Assembly: GCA_963842945.1 (NCBI GenBank)
Contig: CAWJIM010000019.1
Coordinates: forward strand, 288,001 to 352,000
DNA length: 64,000 bases
From: an uncultured Gemmatimonadales bacterium
GTDB lineage: Bacteria > Gemmatimonadota > Gemmatimonadetes > Gemmatimonadales > GWC2-71-9
Direction: 5' to 3'
The notes under the pieces were generated by a model. It had not been told where the DNA came from and did no database searches. It was given only the letters and a program-made list of their open reading frames with translations. Shown in pieces: positions 58,755-64,000 of the stretch. Within the stretch, counting starts at the first letter, position 1. Every line of letters begins with the position of its first letter. The translations under genes and the position numbers were made by a program.

Positions 58755-59708
58755 ATGGCAGGCGGATTAAGAGTTATTCTCATTGCCGACCAGCCGGCCG
58801 GCGTGGAAGCTCTCCGCATGCTGAGCGCAACACACCACCAGGTAGTGGCGGTGATGACGCGCGAGGCCAGCGCCCACGGAGCCACGGTCGCCGGCGTCGC
58901 CTCGCGACTGGGTTACCCGCTCTGGCCCGCACGGCAGGCGAGAGAACCCGGCTTCGGGAAGGTCATCAGGGCCCAACGGATAGATTTGGTCCTCAACGTC
59001 CTGTCCTCGCATGTCCTGCCCTACGAGGTGGTGACCGCTCCCCGGATCGGGAGCTTCAACCTTCACCTCGGCCCCCTCCCCACCTATGCGGGACTTCATG
59101 CGCCCAATTGGGCCATCTACCAGGGTAAGCGCAATCATGCGGTGACGCTCCACTGGATGGACGAGGGCGTCAACACGGGTCCAATTGCCTATACCGCTGA
59201 GCTTCCGATCGATCAGGACGACACTGGTCTCACACTTAGTGCCAAATGCGTACGAGCCGGTCTTCCCTTGCTCCACGACCTGCTTGCCGCAGCGGTACGA
59301 GGAGAGGCGCCCCGGCAGCCCCAACTCGGGGTCAGGCGTCATCACGGTCAGGGAGTGCCGCACGAAGGCCGGCTGATCTGGAGTGACGCGGCCGTCGGGA
59401 TAGTGAACTTCGTGAGGGCTTGCGACTACTTCCCGTTTGCTTCACCCTGGGGGTCGCCCCGCGCCTATCTCACTGGACGCGAGATCGTGGTCCTGAAAGC
59501 CACCCTGACCGGTGAGCCCACTGATGCCCCACCGGGAACCGTCGGCCGTCATGTCGACACCGATGTCCTCGTCGCTGCACGGGACCAGTGGGTACGGGTT
59601 CGACGAGTCCGGCTGGGCAGCTCGAGTTTTTCCCCAGTTGATGTACTCAGAGAGGGTGAACGCTTCGCCCTTCCACGTCCATCCCTATCGGTTCCCCAGC
59701 CCCAATAA
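58755..59708 (+). CDS. Formyltransferase family protein (Fmt/ArnA-N-like)
   Basis: FNLHLGPLPTYAG, HWMDEGVNTGPI and a C-terminal Fmt-like domain. Confidence 0.8.
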   Translation: MAGGLRVILIADQPAGVEALRMLSATHHQVVAVMTREASAHGATVAGVASRLGYPLWPARQAREPGFGKVIRAQRIDLVLNVLSSHVLPYEVVTAPRIGSFNLHLGPLPTYAGLHAPNWAIYQGKRNHAVTLHWMDEGVNTGPIAYTAELPIDQDDTGLTLSAKCVRAGLPLLHDLLAAAVRGEAPRQPQLGVRRHHGQGVPHEGRLIWSDAAVGIVNFVRACDYFPFASPWGSPRAYLTGREIVVLKATLTGEPTDAPPGTVGRHVDTDVLVAARDQWVRVRRVRLGSSSFSPVDVLREGERFALPRPSLSVPQPQ

Positions 59709-59963
59709 GCAGGACTTTCCGACCCTATCCGCCCAACACGCGCTGCGGCGTGCTGCGACGGTCGAGGGCATGCGCCTTGCCCCTGTCCGCGGCAACCGAC
59801 ACTTCGGATTCAGCAGAGACTCCGTGCGACGGTCTCTTCGCTCATTACCCGAATGCAAAAAATGGCAGACCGGACGAGCCTGATGTGGTATCGCGGACCA
59901 TTCGCTGTTGCACGGCAGTGGCTCCGTGGCTCACGGGCAACAGTCACCCGAGGAAGGTGCCGT

Positions 59964-60104
59964 ATGTCCAGCCCCCGCCGTCTCGACTCGATTCTTCTCT
60001 GCTCTGCCGTCGCCTTGGTCGGCGCTGCCATTGGCTACCGAGGCGACAGGAATCCGCTCGAGCTTTATCTGGGCGCGGTACGCCCGGCCGCGGTTACCCG
60101 GTGA
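59964..60104 (+). CDS. 46-aa small ORF with one hydrophobic segment
   Basis: GAGGAAGG RBS. MSSPRRLDSILLCSAVALVGAAIGYRGDRNPLELYLGAVRPAAVTR. Confidence 0.4.
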   Translation: MSSPRRLDSILLCSAVALVGAAIGYRGDRNPLELYLGAVRPAAVTR

Positions 60105-60198
60105 GCACACTGGTCCCCGGACCTTTGCCGTTGTCCAGCCAGCCGGCCCGGGGGCCTCGGCGCAGGCGCCCCGCGGGGCCGCCGCCGCCGCTCCGCCG

Positions 60199-61617
60199 GT
60201 GAACACTCTTCTGGAGCAACTGGCGCGGAGCCTCGAGCAGCACGGGGTGGCGTACTGCCAGTGGAAGGGGCACTGGAGTGCACACCGCTGGGCCACGGGG
60301 CACGGGGACGTTGATTTGCTGGTCGACCATGAGGCTCTCACCACGTTCCGCCGGCTCGCAGAGGAACTGGGATTCAAGCTGGCTCGTCCGGCAGCGGGAC
60401 GTGAGATCGCCGGAGTCGAGACCTACTTTGGCCACGATCCGCAGATCAATCGACTGCTGCACTTGCATGTTCACTATCGGCTGTTGCTGGGCGACTACTG
60501 GAAGCCTGTCTACCGCCTCCCAATCGAGCGTCACCTGCTGCGGCGAACCGTGCAGGGCTCGGTGTTCCGCATACCCAATCCGACCGATCAGTACCTGGTG
60601 TTTGTCCTGCGAATGATGCTGCGCCAGGTTGGTCGCCCTCTGCTGTCAGCCCAGACTGTCTGGACCAGCGGCATTCGGATTCAACTGGCGGCCCTGGAGG
60701 CGGCCAGTGACCGGAGCGAGCTGGCCAGCGTGCTTCGGGAACATCTTCGACCACTTGATCTGCCCTTTTTCGAGCGGTGCGTGCGCTCACTAGAGGGCGG
60801 ATGTGGCGTTGTGGAGCGTGCGATTCTGCCCTGGCAGCTGCACCGAGGCCTTCGCGCTCTGGCCCGTCCAACGCCGGCCATGGCGCTGATCCCGGCCGCC
60901 GTCGAAAAGATCTTCCCCGAGTCGATCGCCCAAAAACTCTGTGAGCGGCGCATGTGGCTGGCAGGGGGTGGTTTGGTTTTCGCGCTCAGCGGTGGAGACG
61001 GTGCCGGAAAGTCGACCTGTGCCCGTGAGCTGGCCGGCTGGCTTGCCCCGGCATTCCCGACGATGCGAGCGCACCTGGGCAAGCCACCGCGTTCGCTGCT
61101 CACCTTGCTCGTCGGTGGAGCGCTCAGGCTCCAGCACTGGATGCATCGCCAGCTGAGCCGCCCCAGCCGGCCCAACAGTGCCACCGAGCTGCTGAGTCAT
61201 GTCTGCACGGCAAGAGATCGGTTCCGGCTGTATCAGAAGGTCCGTCGGTTTGCGGTGAGCGGCGGGATTGCGGTCTGCGAGCGCTACCCGGTTCCGCAGA
61301 ACCGCAAGCTCGTGGGCCCCTGCATCCCGGAGTTGCTCCCGGCGAACCCGGGCTGGTTGGCCAACCTGCTCCGCCAGGTCGAGGCTTCCTATTACGATCG
61401 CATCCTGCTGCCTGATGCGTTGGTGGTGTTGAGACTCGATCCCGAGCTGGCGGTTCTCCGCAAGCCGGAGGAGCCGGCTGAGTACGTGCGCGCCCGCGGC
61501 CGGATCATCTGGGAAACAGACTGGAGCGCTACCGGAGCCTACGTGGTCGACGCAAGCCGTCCGTTGGAAGAGGTGATAGGAGGCCTCAAAGCCATCGTCT
61601 GGTCTCTGCTTTGCTGA
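60199..61617 (+). CDS. Nucleotidyltransferase-like domain fused to a thymidylate-kinase-like P-loop domain
   Basis: GDVDLLV in the N-terminal half. GGDGAGKST and VCERYP in the C-terminal half. The true start may be GTG 60101 with an indel. Confidence 0.75.
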   Translation: MNTLLEQLARSLEQHGVAYCQWKGHWSAHRWATGHGDVDLLVDHEALTTFRRLAEELGFKLARPAAGREIAGVETYFGHDPQINRLLHLHVHYRLLLGDYWKPVYRLPIERHLLRRTVQGSVFRIPNPTDQYLVFVLRMMLRQVGRPLLSAQTVWTSGIRIQLAALEAASDRSELASVLREHLRPLDLPFFERCVRSLEGGCGVVERAILPWQLHRGLRALARPTPAMALIPAAVEKIFPESIAQKLCERRMWLAGGGLVFALSGGDGAGKSTCARELAGWLAPAFPTMRAHLGKPPRSLLTLLVGGALRLQHWMHRQLSRPSRPNSATELLSHVCTARDRFRLYQKVRRFAVSGGIAVCERYPVPQNRKLVGPCIPELLPANPGWLANLLRQVEASYYDRILLPDALVVLRLDPELAVLRKPEEPAEYVRARGRIIWETDWSATGAYVVDASRPLEEVIGGLKAIVWSLLC

Positions 61618-61704
61618 TGTAAAGCGGACCGCTTCTCGCATTCCCCCCGCTGTTCGGGGTGCGGGCTGTTGCGAAGCCCCGATTTTCCCCGTTTGTTTCG
61701 AACG

Positions 61705-63477
61705 ATGCAAGCCGTCCAGCTGTCGACCGACGCCATCGAGCTCGACGCGGCTCTTCTTCAAGCCACGATCACAGCCGCCCTGGCCGCGCTCTGCGCTTTC
61801 CTCTACGGGCGCTATCGAAAGTCGTATTTCGCCTGGTGGTCGGCCGCATGGGGATTGTACTTCCTGCGGATCGGAGCGATCACGAGCTTTCTGCTCACGT
61901 CGCAACGAGTGTGGCTGTACTGGCATCAGGTCGTGACCGGCTGGACGGCGCTGGCGTTGCTCTACGCCGCTCTGGTGTTCTCCCAGCAGGTTCGGTGGCG
62001 GCCCTGGTTTCTCGCGCTGGTGCTCTTCCCTCCGCTCTGGGCCTACATCGCCATCTATCAGCTCCAGCACTTCCTCTGGGCGGCGGGCCCGGCCGTGCTG
62101 TTCCTCAGTTTCGCGACCCTCTGGACCAGCTGGGTTTTTCTCCGCTATCGCCGTCGCGTCAGCTCGAGCGGAGCCACCCTTCTTGCCGTGGCGTTTGGCC
62201 TCTGGGGACTCCACCACCTCGATTATCCCTTCCTTCGCGCCCGAGGCAGCTGGGCTCCGTGGGGCTACTATCTCGATATCCTCTTCGCCCTGGCGGTGGG
62301 AGCTGGAATCCTCCTGCTGGTGCTGGATGATCTTCGCCGCGGCCTCAGTGCGCTGTCCGCCCTTTCCGGAGACCTTCAGCGGGCCGGTAGGGAACAGGAC
62401 GTGCTCGATATCCTGCTGGCTCGCCCTTTGACATTGCCCGCCGTAAGCGGCACAGCGCTGTATACCGCCGATGGAAGTGACCTTCGATTCGTCCAGGGAG
62501 CCGGAGTGTGTGCCTCCTGGTCCAAGGGAAGCCTCCCCGAGGCCGCTGCCGCAGTGCTGAGACGAGCTGTGGAGAGCGGCAGGCCGCAGTTTACTCCCGA
62601 GTGGCCCCATGCCGATGGAAACGCATCAGCCTTTCCCTATGCTGCGGTCCTGCCGATTCTGCGGGGCGAGCGAGTAGTGGCCGCCTTGACTCTGGTGGGC
62701 CAGGCTCGCGACCCGTTTACCGCCCTGGACGAGAAGTTCCTGCTGGCCTTAGGGCATCAGGTCGGCGCCGCCTTGGAGAACGCTGACTTATACACCCGCC
62801 TGGAGGCGCGCAGCCTGGAGCTGGCCCGCTTGTCGGGCCGGATGGTGGAACAGCATGAGGAGGAGCGGCGCCGGCTATCCCGCGAGCTGCACGATGAGAC
62901 AGCCCAGGTTTTTACCGCGGTGAAAATGGAGCTGGGGGTGCTCCGGGAGAGGGTCCAGCCGGAGCAGGCCGAGCGCCTTTCTCAGGTGCTCGCGCTGATC
63001 GATACCGGCATCCGAAGCATTCGTAACGTGACCAACGACCTCCGGCCTTCGCTGCTCGATGATCTCGGGCTTCTGCCGGCCCTGCGCTCGCTGGTTGCAG
63101 ACTTCAGCCAGCGCAGCGGCATTCGGAGCGAACTAAATGCTCCGGCGGTTATGCCTCCGCTCTCCCGAGAGGCCGAGCTTGCCCTGTTCCGCGCTTTGCA
63201 AGAAGGTCTTTCGAATGTGCTGCGGCATGCCGGTGCCCGTGCCGTTGACGTAGCCATCACGGTTGGCCGGGACGAATTACGGCTCAGAGTAGGCGATGAT
63301 GGGCGAGGGCTGCCTGATCTGAGCCCCGAGCGGCTGGAGCTTGCCGGCCACATGGGCCTGGCCGGCATGCGGGAGCGAATCATGGCGCTGGGCGGAACGG
63401 TTCGCTTCCACGGTAGAGCGAACACTGGAGCAGAGCTGGAAATCGTAGTGCCCATTCACCCGTCGAATGGCGCATGA
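61705..63477 (+). CDS. Multi-TM + GAF sensor histidine kinase (NarX/UhpB-type)
   Basis: EEERRRLSRELHDE, LRPSLLDDLGL, QEGLSNVLRHA, DDGRG and GLAGMRER. Confidence 0.93.
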   Translation: MQAVQLSTDAIELDAALLQATITAALAALCAFLYGRYRKSYFAWWSAAWGLYFLRIGAITSFLLTSQRVWLYWHQVVTGWTALALLYAALVFSQQVRWRPWFLALVLFPPLWAYIAIYQLQHFLWAAGPAVLFLSFATLWTSWVFLRYRRRVSSSGATLLAVAFGLWGLHHLDYPFLRARGSWAPWGYYLDILFALAVGAGILLLVLDDLRRGLSALSALSGDLQRAGREQDVLDILLARPLTLPAVSGTALYTADGSDLRFVQGAGVCASWSKGSLPEAAAAVLRRAVESGRPQFTPEWPHADGNASAFPYAAVLPILRGERVVAALTLVGQARDPFTALDEKFLLALGHQVGAALENADLYTRLEARSLELARLSGRMVEQHEEERRRLSRELHDETAQVFTAVKMELGVLRERVQPEQAERLSQVLALIDTGIRSIRNVTNDLRPSLLDDLGLLPALRSLVADFSQRSGIRSELNAPAVMPPLSREAELALFRALQEGLSNVLRHAGARAVDVAITVGRDELRLRVGDDGRGLPDLSPERLELAGHMGLAGMRERIMALGGTVRFHGRANTGAELEIVVPIHPSNGA

Positions 63478-64000
63478 CGGGCAAACCTATCCGGGTGCTG
63501 GTCGCGGACGACCACATGATCGTAAGGACCGGCATCAGGCATGTCGTTGAAAGCGAGCCTGATTTCGAGGTGGTCGGCGAAGCCGCCAGTGGCTCCGAGG
63601 CGCTGTCCCTCGCCTCCCGGCTGCGGCCCGATGTGGTGGTGCTGGATATCTCCATGCCGGATCAGTCGGGTCTCGAGGTGGCAGCCAGTCTCCGCAGCAT
63701 GGCGGGCCCGCCCCGGGTGCTGATACTCAGCATGCACGACAACCCTGAGTACGTGCTCGAGAGTGTGCGCGCGGGAGCCCATGGCTACTTGCTGAAAGAC
63801 ACCGCTGGAACCGAGCTCCGCAACGCCATCCGGGCGGTCTGCCGGGGAGAGTCGTATTTCAGTCCGCCGGTTGCCAGCCGTCTTTCCGCGGCGGTACGGG
63901 GCGAGCAGGACCACCATCCTTTGGATCAGCTCACCTCCCGTGAGCGCGAGGTGCTCCTGGGAATCGTTCGCGGGCGAACGAACAAGCAGGTCGCTGCCGA
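63474..64000 (+). CDS. NarL/FixJ-family response regulator (runs off the window)
   Basis: MTGKPIRVLVADDH...VLDISMP...GAHGYLLK...LTSREREVL. ATGA overlap with the kinase. Confidence 0.93.
   Translation, partial: MTGKPIRVLVADDHMIVRTGIRHVVESEPDFEVVGEAASGSEALSLASRLRPDVVVLDISMPDQSGLEVAASLRSMAGPPRVLILSMHDNPEYVLESVRAGAHGYLLKDTAGTELRNAIRAVCRGESYFSPPVASRLSAAVRGEQDHHPLDQLTSREREVLLGIVRGRTNKQVAA

Noticed and set aside
57209..61617. Polysaccharide genes as a mobile island
   Set aside because: No integrase, transposase, tRNA or flanking direct repeats are visible.
60790..62610. 606-aa minus-strand ORF, and similar long ORFs such as 2276-3703, 5981-7219, 34461-35786 and 42048-43355
   Set aside because: These are antisense shadows of well-supported genes. 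They are expected in high-GC DNA and carry no recognisable motifs.

Overview
High-GC, gene-dense chromosomal window from a diderm bacterium. Gene style suggests Gemmatimonadota, but this is inference and was not tested. I found no rRNA, tRNA, CRISPR array, transposase or integrase. Content includes a B12 radical-SAM enzyme, lipid phosphatase/kinase, an Omp85 protein, a GS-family ligase, mqnD, a HEAT-GT2-receiver operon, lemA-htpX, ogt, csp, an SBP-MCP pair, lepB, an RND efflux operon, a polyamine uptake/catabolism cluster, a small polysaccharide-type cluster and a NarX/NarL-like two-component pair. At least four genes are split by 1-bp indels in short homopolymers, which are probably sequencing errors. 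The best candidate for an undescribed system is at 20.1-22.5 kb. There, an AraC-type regulator is divergent from a 47-aa exported pro-peptide-like ORF, with a 21-bp-period direct repeat between them, and the peptide gene converges on a 430-aa stand-alone TPR protein. This resembles RRNPP peptide signalling but sits in a diderm. Other leads are a hairpin-rich non-coding region with a terminator (23.65-24.02 kb) beside DnaA-box-like motifs, two His-less Hpt-like proteins, a Glu-axial cupredoxin and a G-rich 9-mer array upstream of ogt.
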